Below, piece by piece: positions 9,405 to 19,385 of a DNA stretch of 32,000 bases (its first letter is position 1; every line of letters starts with the position of its first letter). This DNA comes from Thermosulfurimonas dismutans. Lineage in GTDB: Bacteria; Desulfobacterota; Thermodesulfobacteria; Thermodesulfobacteriales; Thermodesulfobacteriaceae. Under the pieces are notes generated by a model that did not search any database, was not told where the DNA came from, and saw nothing but the letters and a program-made list of their open reading frames with translations. The translations under genes and the position numbers were made by a program. Location: positions 30,001 through 62,000 of the forward strand of contig NZ_LWLG01000005.1 of assembly GCF_001652585.1 (NCBI RefSeq). The letters run 5' to 3'.

Positions 9405-10811
9405 CTAAAACACACTCGCCAGAACGGAAGTCAAAAGGGAACCGGGATAGATTCCAATAGTTATCACGCCTAGGGCCGAAAGCCCAAGGGCCAGCCAAAT
9501 ATAAGGCGAAGGAGCTAACTTAATTTCCCTTTCCGGCTCTCGCATGTACATGAGCATGACGATTCGGAGATAGGGATAAGCCGCAATCACACTGGCCAGC
9601 ACGGCCAATATCGCTATAATCGGGTACCCGGCATGCACTACCGAACGGAAGAGATAAAACTTACCGATAAAACCGGCTGTGGGAGGTATACCGGTCAAGG
9701 AAAACATGAAAAGTAACATAAGAAAAGCTGGAACGGGATAAAGCTTAGCTAAGCCCTGATAATCAAAAATGCTCTCTCCTACTCGGCCTTCCCTCTGCAT
9801 GAGCACCACCGTGGCAAAGGCCCCGATATTCATGAAGGCGTAGATCAGAAGATAAAGCATGGAGGCCGAAAGGCCCTCTTTGGTTCCAGAGACTATTCCC
9901 AGAAGGATATAGCCGGCGTGAGCCACCGAAGAATAAGCCAGCATGCGTTTGATATTGGTCTGAACCACCGCCAGGATATTCCCCACAAACATGGTCAGCA
10001 CCGCAAAGGGAATCAGAAGTTTCACCCAATAGGCGTAGGCCGGGTAAAAGGCCAAGAGAAAAATACGCCCCAGGGCCGCAAAACCGGCGGCCTTGGCCGC
10101 CACGGACATGAAGGCCGTAACCGGCGTGGGGGCCCCCTCGTAAGCATCCGGAGCCCACATGTGAAAGGGCACCATGGCCACCTTAAAGCCAAAGGCTACT
10201 ATGAAAAAGAGAATTCCTGTAAGGACAGCCTTATCGGAGGTAAGCCAACCAGCAAGTTCAGAGAGAACTATCTTCCCGGTCTTTCCATACAAGACGGCCA
10301 ATCCCATAACTAGAAAGGCAGAAGCCAGCGACCCGAGAAGGAAATATTTAAGACTTCCCTCTATGGAGCGTGGATCCCCTGCCGCCATGGCCACCAGTAC
10401 ATAGATGGAAAGACTCATGAGCTCGAGACCCAAATAAATCACCAAAAGATCCGTTCCCGAGGCCATGAGCATCATGCCGCAGACCGCAAAGAAGAGAAGG
10501 CCGTAATACTCACCGAAATGAAAGCCTTCCCTTTTCGCATACCCTGGAGAAATCAGGATGGTAAGGAAAAGCACCAGAAGAAAAATGGTCTTGAAGAAAA
10601 AACCGTAATGGTCGGAAAGGTAAGAAGCCCCAAAATGGAGATCCAAGCTTTCCCGGGCAAGGAGCCAGGCCACTACGGTGCCCACTAGGGCCATCCAGAA
10701 AAAGAAGGCCTTTTCACGAACCGCCCGATCCAGAAGCACCATCACCGAAGCCACAATCACCAGAAAAATCTCTGGCATGAGAGCTTTCAAATTAAGAAGG
10801 GAGAACGGCAT
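9405..10811 (-). CDS. nuoN: NADH-quinone oxidoreductase (complex I) subunit N
   Basis: A 468-aa polytopic antiporter-like protein with the NuoN/ND2 pattern (FHMWAPDAYEGAPTPVTAF, KRMLAYSSVAHAGY). It is the last gene of the nuo array and overlaps nuoM by 20 nt. Confidence 0.9.
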   Translation of the reverse strand: MPFSLLNLKALMPEIFLVIVASVMVLLDRAVREKAFFFWMALVGTVVAWLLARESLDLHFGASYLSDHYGFFFKTIFLLVLFLTILISPGYAKREGFHFGEYYGLLFFAVCGMMLMASGTDLLVIYLGLELMSLSIYVLVAMAAGDPRSIEGSLKYFLLGSLASAFLVMGLAVLYGKTGKIVLSELAGWLTSDKAVLTGILFFIVAFGFKVAMVPFHMWAPDAYEGAPTPVTAFMSVAAKAAGFAALGRIFLLAFYPAYAYWVKLLIPFAVLTMFVGNILAVVQTNIKRMLAYSSVAHAGYILLGIVSGTKEGLSASMLYLLIYAFMNIGAFATVVLMQREGRVGESIFDYQGLAKLYPVPAFLMLLFMFSLTGIPPTAGFIGKFYLFRSVVHAGYPIIAILAVLASVIAAYPYLRIVMLMYMREPEREIKLAPSPYIWLALGLSALGVITIGIYPGSLLTSVLASVF

Positions 10812-12336
10812 AGAGCCCCTCCTTTAGAAGTTGAGTTATGGAGGTTACCGATCCGGCCTGATGGATATGCTGAAGGAGATCATTTACAGACTGATGCATA
10901 AAAGAGAGGAAAGGTTTCGGATAAACACCAATCCAGAGAATCAAAATGAACATGGGCAAAAGGGCCACCAGCTCCCGGAGTTTCATGCCAGGAAGACCAA
11001 CGATGTTGGGATTAATCTTCTGGCAAAAGACCCGCTGATAAAGCCAGAGCATATAACAGGCTCCAATAATAACTCCCAGCGCCGCAAAGACAGCGGCCCA
11101 TTTTTTGGCCGTAAAGGTTCCCAAAAGAATCAGGAACTCGCCCACAAAACCGTTCGTTCCAGGAAGACCAATGGAGGCCATAGTAAAAACCAAGAAGAAG
11201 GCCGCATAAACTGGCATAACCGAGGCCAGCCCCCCGTAATAAGAAATCTCTCGGCTGTGGGTACGATCATAAACAATCCCTACGCACATAAAAAGGGCCC
11301 CGGTAACTACTCCGTGATTGATCATTTGGAGGATGGCCCCTTCTACTCCGTTGGCAGTCAAAGAAAAGATACCCAAGGTCACAAACCCCATGTGGCTTAC
11401 AGAACTATAAGCGATAAGCCTCTTGAGGTCGCTCTGGGCCAAACAGGCAAGCCCTCCATAAATGATGGCAATAATAGAGAGTACTAACATGGGTACTGAA
11501 AGGGCCACAGTGGCCTTCGGGAAGAAGGCCAGAGAAAACCTGAGGAATCCGTAAGCCCCCATCTTAATGAGGATGCCAGCCAGAATCACCGAACCCGCCG
11601 TGGGAGCTTCAGTATGGGCGTCAGGAAGCCAAGTGTGGACTGGCCACATGGGCACCTTGACGGCAAAAGCCGCAAAAAAAGCCAGGAAAAGAAGTATCTG
11701 AAGCCCATATGGAAAGCCAGCCTCCATGAGGCGTGGAATCTCAAAAGTTCCGGTCTTGAGGTAGATCACAATGATACCGATGAGCATAAGAACCGAACCA
11801 AGGAGGGTATAGAGAAAGAACTTGATGGTAGCGTAAAGCCTTCGGGGGCCGCCCCAGATTCCAATGATGAGGTACATAGGTATGAGCATGGCTTCCCAGA
11901 AAATGTAGAAAAGAAACAGATCCAGGGAACAAAAGACTCCGATCATGGCCGCCGAAGTCAGGAGCAAGGAAATGTAAAACTCCTTGACCTTCTTCGTTAT
12001 GGATTCCCAAGAGATGAGAATACAAAGAATGGTGATCAAGGCTGAGAGAAGAATGAAAAGCACACTTATACCGTCAACTCCCAAGAAGTACTGCACTCCG
12101 AAGGCCTTAATCCAGGGATGCTTTTCTACGAACTGGAAACCAGAAAAGTGGCGGTCAAACTGAAACCACAGAGGAAGACTTGCCACAAAGTCCGCCAGGG
12201 CCACTGCCAAGGCCACTATTTTAATAAGCGTCTCGGCCCTCCGGGGAACGAACAAGAGAAGCAGGGAGCCAGCTACCGGAAGCCAGATAATAAATGAAAG
12301 CAGAGGAAATTCTGCGAAATTTAGCTGCCACGCCAT
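10792..12336 (-). CDS. nuoM: NADH-quinone oxidoreductase subunit M
   Basis: NuoM/ND4 motifs are present (VKVPMWPVHTWLPDAHTEAPTAGSVILAG, KRLIAYSSVSHMGF). The ORF track starts at GTG 12345, but ATG 12336 is preceded by GGGGTGGGG and is the likelier start. Confidence 0.9.
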   Translation of the reverse strand: MAWQLNFAEFPLLSFIIWLPVAGSLLLLFVPRRAETLIKIVALAVALADFVASLPLWFQFDRHFSGFQFVEKHPWIKAFGVQYFLGVDGISVLFILLSALITILCILISWESITKKVKEFYISLLLTSAAMIGVFCSLDLFLFYIFWEAMLIPMYLIIGIWGGPRRLYATIKFFLYTLLGSVLMLIGIIVIYLKTGTFEIPRLMEAGFPYGLQILLFLAFFAAFAVKVPMWPVHTWLPDAHTEAPTAGSVILAGILIKMGAYGFLRFSLAFFPKATVALSVPMLVLSIIAIIYGGLACLAQSDLKRLIAYSSVSHMGFVTLGIFSLTANGVEGAILQMINHGVVTGALFMCVGIVYDRTHSREISYYGGLASVMPVYAAFFLVFTMASIGLPGTNGFVGEFLILLGTFTAKKWAAVFAALGVIIGACYMLWLYQRVFCQKINPNIVGLPGMKLRELVALLPMFILILWIGVYPKPFLSFMHQSVNDLLQHIHQAGSVTSITQLLKEGLYAVLPS

Positions 12337-12351
12337 AGTCCCCACCCCGTT

Positions 12352-14343
12352 TTAAAAGTAGTAATGAAAGAGGATAAATAAAGCTACCACACCAAAGGCC
12401 ATAATAAGGGCATAGTGCTGTACCACTCCGGACTGAAACCTTCTGAGTCCACCACCTACTACCCTGACCGTAGCTGGAAGACCGTTAACCGTATTCTCGA
12501 TCACAAAAGTATCCACGATAAGCCCCACGAAGATGTTCGCCACCCACAAAGTCGGTTTAACGATCAGATAAAGATAAATCTCATCCCAGTACCATTTGCG
12601 GAAAAGATAGCGATAAACCAGAGGAAGTTTACGCGGCACAAGGGTTTGAAGGACGGGTTTCTTGACATAGACCAGCCAAGCCAGGAAAATCCCTAAGAGA
12701 CCGGCAGCCACCGAAAGTCCCATAAGACCGAACTCCAAGGTCTTTTCCGCGTGTTCAAAGCCTTCCGGCACGTGGAACTCAGGATGGCCAAGAACGGGGG
12801 CCATAAAGTGGGCAAAGTGATTTCCTCCACCAAGGATCTCTGGGATACCGATCCAGCCCGCAGCCACGGCTCCAATGGCAATGAGCATGAGAGGCACGGT
12901 CATTACTTTGGGAGACTCATGAGGTTCTTTACCGTGAAGGACTTCCCGACCTCTAAATTCCCCGTAAAAGGTCATAAAGACCACCCGAAAGGAATAGAAG
13001 GCCGTAAGGAAAGCCACGAAAGTACCCACTGCCCAGACAAATTTGCCCCATGGATATTGGGAAAAGAAGGCCGAAGCTAGGATTTCATCCTTACTAAAGA
13101 ATCCCGCCAATCCCGGGATACCGGCAATGGAAAGGGAAGCGATCAGAAAAGTCCAATAAGTGATAGGCATATACTTTTTAAGGCCACCCATATAGCGCAT
13201 GTCGTTCGGATCCGGAGCATGGTGCATAGCATGGATCACACTCCCAGCACCAAGAAAGAGAAGGGCTTTGAAATAGGCATGAGTGAAGAGGTGGAACATA
13301 CCCGCAGCAAAGGCCCCTACCCCACAGGCCATAAACATATAGCCCAACTGGGAAAGAGTGGAGAAAGCAATCACCCGCTTAATGTCGAACTGAGTAGGAG
13401 CAATGGTTGCGGCCATGAAACAGGTAAAGGTTCCGGCGGCGGCCACCACCGCCATAGCTACTGGGGAAAGTTCGAAGATCTGATGACAACGGGCCACCAT
13501 GAAGACCCCGGCAGTTACCATGGTAGCGGCGTGGATCAAGGCCGAAACCGGCGTGGGACCCTCCATGGCGTCAGGCAACCACACGTGAAGCGGAAATTGT
13601 GCACTTTTACCCACCGCCCCGCAGAAAAGAAGCAGGGCTATAAGGGTCGCCACGGCTACCTCGTGACCAAAAATATTTAGAGTCTCGTGAGCTATTTCAT
13701 GCACCCGTGAAAAGACATCTTGATAGTAAAGGCTCCCGAAGAAAACGAAGACTAGAAAGACCCCGAGCGCAAATCCGAAGTCTCCAAAACGGTTGACAAT
13801 GAAAGCCTTTTTGGCAGCATCCGCGGCACTTTTCTTTTCATACCAGAATCCAATCAAGAGATAAGAGCAAAGGCCCACGGCCTCCCAGCCAAAAAAGAGC
13901 TGGAGGAAATTGTTGGCTGAAACCAGCATGAGCATAGAAAAGGTAAAAAGGGAGATATAGGCGAAAAATCGATAATAACCAGGATCTCCGGCCATATAAC
14001 CGATGGAGTAAACATGAATAAGAAAAGATAAGGAACAAACCATAGCCAGCATCATCACCGAGAGGGGATCGATCTGAAATCCCACACCCACCTTGATCCC
14101 AGCCGCTGCCACCCAAGTAAAAAGATCGAAGTTCGCCCAGGTTCCGTGAATGACGTCCCACAGGGCCTTAAGAGAAATCAGGAAGGAGCCAAAGACCGCC
14201 AGACACGGCAGCCAGTGGGCCTTATCCCGGATAAACCAGCGACCAAAGACCAGAGTGATCACCGAGGCCAGAAACGGTAATCCCGGAATCCAGGCCACAT
14301 AGTGCATAGCATCGCTTACGTATTTAGCGGTTTCGGCATGCAT
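12352..14343 (-). CDS. nuoL: NADH-quinone oxidoreductase subunit L
   Basis: A 663-aa NuoL/ND5 protein (GKSAQFPLHVWLPDAMEGPTPVSALIHAATMVTAG, KRVIAFSTLSQLGYM) with the long C-terminal extension typical of NuoL. Confidence 0.92.
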   Translation of the reverse strand: MHAETAKYVSDAMHYVAWIPGLPFLASVITLVFGRWFIRDKAHWLPCLAVFGSFLISLKALWDVIHGTWANFDLFTWVAAAGIKVGVGFQIDPLSVMMLAMVCSLSFLIHVYSIGYMAGDPGYYRFFAYISLFTFSMLMLVSANNFLQLFFGWEAVGLCSYLLIGFWYEKKSAADAAKKAFIVNRFGDFGFALGVFLVFVFFGSLYYQDVFSRVHEIAHETLNIFGHEVAVATLIALLLFCGAVGKSAQFPLHVWLPDAMEGPTPVSALIHAATMVTAGVFMVARCHQIFELSPVAMAVVAAAGTFTCFMAATIAPTQFDIKRVIAFSTLSQLGYMFMACGVGAFAAGMFHLFTHAYFKALLFLGAGSVIHAMHHAPDPNDMRYMGGLKKYMPITYWTFLIASLSIAGIPGLAGFFSKDEILASAFFSQYPWGKFVWAVGTFVAFLTAFYSFRVVFMTFYGEFRGREVLHGKEPHESPKVMTVPLMLIAIGAVAAGWIGIPEILGGGNHFAHFMAPVLGHPEFHVPEGFEHAEKTLEFGLMGLSVAAGLLGIFLAWLVYVKKPVLQTLVPRKLPLVYRYLFRKWYWDEIYLYLIVKPTLWVANIFVGLIVDTFVIENTVNGLPATVRVVGGGLRRFQSGVVQHYALIMAFGVVALFILFHYYF

Positions 14344-14348
14344 GGCCC

Positions 14349-14651
14349 CTACCCCTTAAGCGTCCTTACTTCATCCATGTGAACTTCGCGGAAACGTTTA
14401 TAAAGAAGAACCACCAAGGAAAGTCCGATAGCCGCCTCCGCGGCTGCGACCGCCATTACAAAAAAGACCAGAATATGGCCCGTCACATCTTGCATGCGGG
14501 TCCCCAGGGCCGCAAGAACCGTGTTGGCGGCGTTTAGCATAATTTCTATGGAAAGGAGCATCACGATTACATTGCGGCGGGCCAGGAACCCAAAAAGCCC
14601 TACCGCAAAAAGCGCAAGACCAAGCCAGAGGTACCAGCTCAAAGGAATCAT
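14349..14651 (-). CDS. nuoK: NADH-quinone oxidoreductase subunit K
   Basis: A 100-aa protein with three TM segments and the NuoK/ND4L pattern (MLLSIEIMLNAANT...AAAEAAIGL). The start overlaps the nuoJ stop (ATGA). Confidence 0.9.
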   Translation of the reverse strand: MIPLSWYLWLGLALFAVGLFGFLARRNVIVMLLSIEIMLNAANTVLAALGTRMQDVTGHILVFFVMAVAAAEAAIGLSLVVLLYKRFREVHMDEVRTLKG

Positions 14652-15166
14652 AGCTCTCCCTCCCGAAGCCTTCTTACAAGCACTACCGCTCCCAGAACGG
14701 CTACTAAGAGAAGCACGCCCGCAATCTCAAAGGCCAAGATATGCTCCCTGAAGAGATGTTCTCCGAGAATTTGGGTATGACCCACTTTAAGAATAGCCCC
14801 CGGAGAAAGGCTACCCACGGTCTTGGCCGGCACAAACCCTACCAGCCCAGCCACGGCCAAGATGAGCATAGAAAGAACCGCGATAAAGGCCAAAGGATAG
14901 GACCCTAAAAACTTTGGAAGCCTTATCTCCTCCCGCAGGTTTATGAGATAGACCACAAATAGAAATAGCACTAGGACTGCGCCAGCGTAGACAATGATTT
15001 GAATGGCCGCCAAAAACTCGGCTTGAAGGGTGAGAAAAAGTACAGACTGGTGCAGAAAAAGGACCAGAAGCCATAGGACCGAGCGCACCACATTTCTTGA
15101 AAAGATAGCAAAGAGGGCCGAAAGTAGAATGGCGAGTGCGAGATATCCAAAAAGGACTTTCTCCAT
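14648..15166 (-). CDS. nuoJ: NADH-quinone oxidoreductase subunit J
   Basis: A 172-aa protein with the NuoJ/ND6-like pattern (FLAAIQIIVYAGAVLVLFLFVV) and the expected position between nuoI and nuoK. Confidence 0.85.
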   Translation of the reverse strand: MEKVLFGYLALAILLSALFAIFSRNVVRSVLWLLVLFLHQSVLFLTLQAEFLAAIQIIVYAGAVLVLFLFVVYLINLREEIRLPKFLGSYPLAFIAVLSMLILAVAGLVGFVPAKTVGSLSPGAILKVGHTQILGEHLFREHILAFEIAGVLLLVAVLGAVVLVRRLREGEL

Positions 15167-15169
15167 GGT

Positions 15170-15706
15170 CTAAACCCCCTCGGCCTTCCTCTTGGGAGCC
15201 GGAAGCATCTTCTCCGGTATGCCTCGCGGCCTCCAGAAAGGATTGAAATAAGGCCTCTTCTGGGTCACGATAAATTCATCCCAATTCTTCAGGAGTCTCT
15301 CACGATCAAAATAAAGATCTTCCCGCGTATAACCCACATATTCATAAAATTCTGTAAGAACAATAGCATTTACCGGACAAACTTCTTCACAATAACCACA
15401 ATAAACACAACGAAGGGCCTCAATCTCGTATTTGGTAACCACCCTCCTCTTGGTCTCAGGATCTCTTTCGGTCTCGATGTAAATACACTGGGAGGGACAG
15501 ACCTTGGCACACCGCATACACCCGATACAACGATCTCTTCCAGTTTCGGGATCCCTAACCAGGGCGTGGCGCCCCCGGAAACCCGGGGCCACCGGTTTAC
15601 GTTCCTCCGGATACTGGACCGTGACCGGACGGCTAAAAAGTTTCTTAAGGGTAAGGGCCAAACCCTTGGCAATTTCTGTTAAAAAGATTGTTTTAGTAAG
15701 ACTCAT
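15170..15706 (-). CDS. nuoI: NADH-quinone oxidoreductase subunit I (2x[4Fe-4S])
   Basis: Motifs CIGCMRCAKVCP and CVYCGYCEEVCP, plus the NuoI N-terminal pattern (TVQYPEERKPVAPGFRGRHAL). Confidence 0.92.
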   Translation of the reverse strand: MSLTKTIFLTEIAKGLALTLKKLFSRPVTVQYPEERKPVAPGFRGRHALVRDPETGRDRCIGCMRCAKVCPSQCIYIETERDPETKRRVVTKYEIEALRCVYCGYCEEVCPVNAIVLTEFYEYVGYTREDLYFDRERLLKNWDEFIVTQKRPYFNPFWRPRGIPEKMLPAPKRKAEGV

Positions 15707-15717
15707 CCTTCGTCTCC

Positions 15718-16707
15718 CTACACTAAGACCTTAATGAGCCCTGTGATCACAATATTAAGCAAAGCCAGCGGGATAAGGATCTTCCAGCCTAACCCCATAA
15801 GTTGATCATAACGATAACGGGGCAAGGTGGCTCGCACCCAGATGTAGAAGAAAATAAGGGCGTAGAGCTTTACCAGAAACCAGAAAAACGGGATACCAGG
15901 GATCTCAAAAGGCCCGGCCCAGCCTCCAAGAAAACAGGTCACCGCCAGGGCGCTCATAACCACCATGCCGAAGTATTCGGCAAGATAAAACAGACCGAAC
16001 CGGATACCGCTATATTCTACGAAATAACCGGCCACCAACTCAGATTCGGCCTCCGGCAGATCAAAAGGCGTACGGTTAGTCTCCGCAATGGCCGAAACCA
16101 TGAATACGAAAAAGCCTATGATCTGCGGAATAGCGTAAATCTTAAATGGACTGGCCACTTGGGCCTTTACGATCTCGGAAAGATTCATAGAACCGGCCAT
16201 AAGCATCACTCCCACAAGGGAAAGAGCCATGGCCACCTCATAACTTATGACCTGAGCCGAGGCTCGAAGGCCACCTAGAAAGGCATACCGAGAGTTAGAA
16301 GCCCATCCAGAAAGGATGATTCCGTAAGAGGAAAGGGAACTCATGGCGAGAATAACTAGAAGCCCTACATTGACATTAGCCAGAGCAAACTTCTCCCATA
16401 CTGGAATAACCGCCAAGCTGGTAGCCCCGGCCACCAAACTGATGAAAGGCGCCAGATAAAAGAGGGACTTATCCGCCCCGGAAGGGACAATATCCTCTTT
16501 GGCTACCAATTTGACCACATCCGCAATAGGCTGAAGAAGCCCTCGAGGGCCAACCCGATTCGGCCCCAGACGCTGTTGCATATGCCCGATGATCTTTCGC
16601 TCAGCGTAGGTGGTATAAGCCACATGAAGAAGGGCCACTACCAGAAGCACTAAGGCTTCAAGAATCAAGATCAGCCAGGGTGTCGCCATCTTTAAAACGG
16701 CCTCCAT
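15718..16707 (-). CDS. nuoH: NADH-quinone oxidoreductase subunit H
   Basis: NuoH/ND1 motifs are present (AERKIIGHMQQRLGPNRVGPRGLLQPIADVVKL, TNRTPFDLPEAESELVAGY). An AGGAGG SD precedes ATG 16707. Confidence 0.92.
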   Translation of the reverse strand: MEAVLKMATPWLILILEALVLLVVALLHVAYTTYAERKIIGHMQQRLGPNRVGPRGLLQPIADVVKLVAKEDIVPSGADKSLFYLAPFISLVAGATSLAVIPVWEKFALANVNVGLLVILAMSSLSSYGIILSGWASNSRYAFLGGLRASAQVISYEVAMALSLVGVMLMAGSMNLSEIVKAQVASPFKIYAIPQIIGFFVFMVSAIAETNRTPFDLPEAESELVAGYFVEYSGIRFGLFYLAEYFGMVVMSALAVTCFLGGWAGPFEIPGIPFFWFLVKLYALIFFYIWVRATLPRYRYDQLMGLGWKILIPLALLNIVITGLIKVLV

Positions 16708-16716
16708 GCCCTCCTC

Positions 16717-17946
16717 CTACCGATCACATTCCCCAAGAACCACATCTAAGGTACCGATCACAGCAATTAAGTCCGCCACCATATGACCCTTTATCAGTTC
16801 CGGAATACTCGAAATATGCACAAAGGAAGGAGCCCGCACCCTTACCCTCCAGGGCTTGCCGGAACCGTCGCTCACGATGTAATAACCAAGTTCCCCTTTA
16901 GGAGCCTCAATGGACACATACACCTCCCCCTCGGGCACCACCGGTACCTCCGCCCCCTTCACAAGGAAGCCCTTTTTGGGATGAGGTACGGCCTGAGGAG
17001 TCTTTTTCTTCTCCGGCATAAGGAGATCCGGGGCCTCTTCTGCCACTACCGGCTCCCCTTCGGTCTCGGATAGTTTATCCAAACACTGTCGGATGATCCG
17101 ATTGGCCTGGCGGAGCTCCTCCATCCGTACTCGGTACCGGTCGTAGGTATCGCCGATCTTTCCCACCGGAACCTCAAATTCCACCTCGTCGTAGGCGTCA
17201 TAAGGTTTGAATTTCCTGACATCATAAGGCACACCGGATCCCCTGAGAGAAGGCCCGGTAAGCCCTAAGTTGACAGCTTTTTCGGCTGAAATAACCGCTA
17301 TACCCTTGGTTCTTTTTAGCCAAATACGGTTGACATCGATCAGGGTCTCGTAATCCAGGATCCGGGAAGGAAACTCCTCCGTAAATTTGTAAAGCTCATC
17401 AATTATCTCAGAAGTAAAATCCAGCCTTACTCCCCCTACCCTAGGATAACTCACCGTAAGACGGGCCCCGCAGATCTTTTCATAGATGTCAAGTAACCAT
17501 TCACGATCCCGGAAACAGTAAAGGAAGACCGTCATGGCCCCGATATCGAGGGCGTGGGTAGCAAGCCACAGGAGATGACTTGAAATACGGGCCATTTCAC
17601 AGACAATGGTGCGCAGAAGCCTAGCCCGCCTTGGGACCTCTAGCCCGAGAAGCTTCTCCACCGCCAGGCAATAGCCCACATTATTGGCCGCTGAGGAGAT
17701 GTAATCCAGGCGATCCGTAAGGATCATCGCCTGGGTATAGGTCATGTTTTCGGAAAGTTTCTCTACTCCTCGGTGGAGATATCCGATCCGAGGGTCGCAT
17801 TTTACGACGTTCTCACCATCAAGCTCGAGATACAGGCGAAGGACGCCGTGAGTGGAGGGGTGTTGAGGCCCCATATTAACCACAAAAGGTTCTTCCCACT
17901 CCGGATGGCCGCATTGTTTTTGTACTACTTCTACCGTAGGTGCCAT
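16717..17946 (-). CDS. nuoD: NADH-quinone oxidoreductase subunit D (49-kDa subunit)
   Basis: Motifs [27 protein letters not shown], and a C-terminal ...[38 protein letters not shown]. Confidence 0.93.
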   Translation of the reverse strand: MAPTVEVVQKQCGHPEWEEPFVVNMGPQHPSTHGVLRLYLELDGENVVKCDPRIGYLHRGVEKLSENMTYTQAMILTDRLDYISSAANNVGYCLAVEKLLGLEVPRRARLLRTIVCEMARISSHLLWLATHALDIGAMTVFLYCFRDREWLLDIYEKICGARLTVSYPRVGGVRLDFTSEIIDELYKFTEEFPSRILDYETLIDVNRIWLKRTKGIAVISAEKAVNLGLTGPSLRGSGVPYDVRKFKPYDAYDEVEFEVPVGKIGDTYDRYRVRMEELRQANRIIRQCLDKLSETEGEPVVAEEAPDLLMPEKKKTPQAVPHPKKGFLVKGAEVPVVPEGEVYVSIEAPKGELGYYIVSDGSGKPWRVRVRAPSFVHISSIPELIKGHMVADLIAVIGTLDVVLGECDR

Positions 17947-17949
17947 ACC

Positions 17950-18498
17950 CTACCCCTCCCTGACCTTACGGTCTCCCCATTCATAACGGCATAATTCCCT
18001 AGCCTTCGCCCGGACTTTGTCATATTCCGGCCATTCTTCTTCTGGCTGTAAAGCATAGTCCTTTCGGAGAGGATAACCCTTCCAGTCTTCGGGCATGAGG
18101 ATCCGTCTGAGATCCGGATGTCCCTTAAACCGGATGCCAAACATGTCGTAACACTCTCGCTCAAACCAGTTGGCCACCTGCCAGATCTTGGTCACCGAGG
18201 GCACCCAAGGATCCTTCTCCGGAACCGGAACTTTTACCCGCAGAAATTCGCGTTTACCTATAGAATAGAGGTTATAGACCACCTCGAAACGCTCGGGCTT
18301 TTTACCCTTTCCCTTCCAACCCAGGTAATCTACCCCACCCAGGTCAGCCAGATGATCAAAACCCAGCTCATCATGAAGGAACTTCATAACCTCTAGGAGG
18401 TAATTACGATCTACATATACCATAGCTTGTCCGCAAGACGTCTCTTCTCCCAGAACCGCCTGCGGGAAACGCTCTTTAAGTTTGTCTAAGGCCTCCAT
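17950..18498 (-). CDS. nuoC: NADH-quinone oxidoreductase subunit C (30-kDa subunit)
   Basis: NuoC pattern: SVTKIWQVANWFERECYDMFGIRFKGHPDLRRILMPEDWKGYPLRKDY. The gene is separate from nuoD, not a CD fusion. Confidence 0.9.
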   Translation of the reverse strand: MEALDKLKERFPQAVLGEETSCGQAMVYVDRNYLLEVMKFLHDELGFDHLADLGGVDYLGWKGKGKKPERFEVVYNLYSIGKREFLRVKVPVPEKDPWVPSVTKIWQVANWFERECYDMFGIRFKGHPDLRRILMPEDWKGYPLRKDYALQPEEEWPEYDKVRAKARELCRYEWGDRKVREG

Positions 18499-18507
18499 AA
18501 GCTTCCC

Positions 18508-19023
18508 CTATCGCCAGAATCCCCAGTGTCCGGCCTCGCGCCGGATCTTCTCCTGAAGCTTCATAAGACCATATATGAGAGCCTCGGGCCTCGGAGGACA
18601 GCCCGGGATATAGACGTCTACCGGCAGAAACTCATCGCAGCCCTGAACGGTGGAATAAGTCCTAAAGACCCCCCCGGAACAAGCACAGCTCCCCATAGCA
18701 ATCACATAGCGGGGCTCAGGCATCTGATCATATACCCTCCTTACTATAGGGGCCATCTTCTTAGTAACCGTTCCGGCCACGATCAAGACGTCCGCTTGTC
18801 TGGGCGAGGCCCGAAAGATAATCCCAAAACGGTCAAGATCGTGGTGACTGGCCCCAGTAGCCATCATCTCGATAGCGCAGCAGGCCAACCCGAAGGTCAT
18901 GGGCCAGAGAGAACCGGTTCGAGCCCAGTTGATAAGCTTGTCTACAGGCGTGATAAAAGCCGGCGTTCCCGGAATGTGCCTTATATCCGGAGCCACTTCT
19001 ACCGTTTCCTTTTCTACTCCCAT
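18508..19023 (-). CDS. nuoB: NADH-quinone oxidoreductase subunit B (N2 cluster subunit)
   Basis: Motifs [18 protein letters not shown] and [11 protein letters not shown]. The ORF-track start at 19134 lies inside nuoA. ATG 19023 ([10 protein letters not shown]...) overlaps the nuoA stop (19014-19016) and gives a normal 171-aa NuoB. Confidence 0.9.
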   Translation of the reverse strand: MGVEKETVEVAPDIRHIPGTPAFITPVDKLINWARTGSLWPMTFGLACCAIEMMATGASHHDLDRFGIIFRASPRQADVLIVAGTVTKKMAPIVRRVYDQMPEPRYVIAMGSCACSGGVFRTYSTVQGCDEFLPVDVYIPGCPPRPEALIYGLMKLQEKIRREAGHWGFWR

Positions 19024-19385
19024 CTGAAAGCCCCCCTGATCCAGGCGTAAAAGTAAGCCACCAGAAGCAAAGCGATAAAGATTACCATTTCGATGTAGGC
19101 CAGAGCCCCGATCTTTCCGAAGGAAACCGCCCAAGGATAGAGGAAAACCGCTTCCACATCAAAGACTACAAAAAGGATAGCAATAGCATAAAATTTGACC
19201 GAAAAGGGATGACGAGGTTCTCCTGAAGGCGGAAGACCGCATTCATATCTCTCGAGCTTTTCAGGATAGGGCCTCTTTAAGCCCAAAATCTGATTCACAA
19301 TGATCATGGAAAGCCCAATCACAAAAACTAAGATCGCCAAGATGAGAATAGGCAGATATTTACTGGCTAGCCCCAGCTCCCCCAC
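19014..19385 (-). CDS. nuoA: NADH-quinone oxidoreductase subunit A
   Basis: NuoA/ND3 pattern: [39 protein letters not shown]. It uses a GTG start at 19385, preceded by GGAGG (6-nt spacer) that lies inside the 3' end of the upstream ferredoxin gene. Confidence 0.88.
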   Translation of the reverse strand: MGELGLASKYLPILILAILVFVIGLSMIIVNQILGLKRPYPEKLERYECGLPPSGEPRHPFSVKFYAIAILFVVFDVEAVFLYPWAVSFGKIGALAYIEMVIFIALLLVAYFYAWIRGAFRWE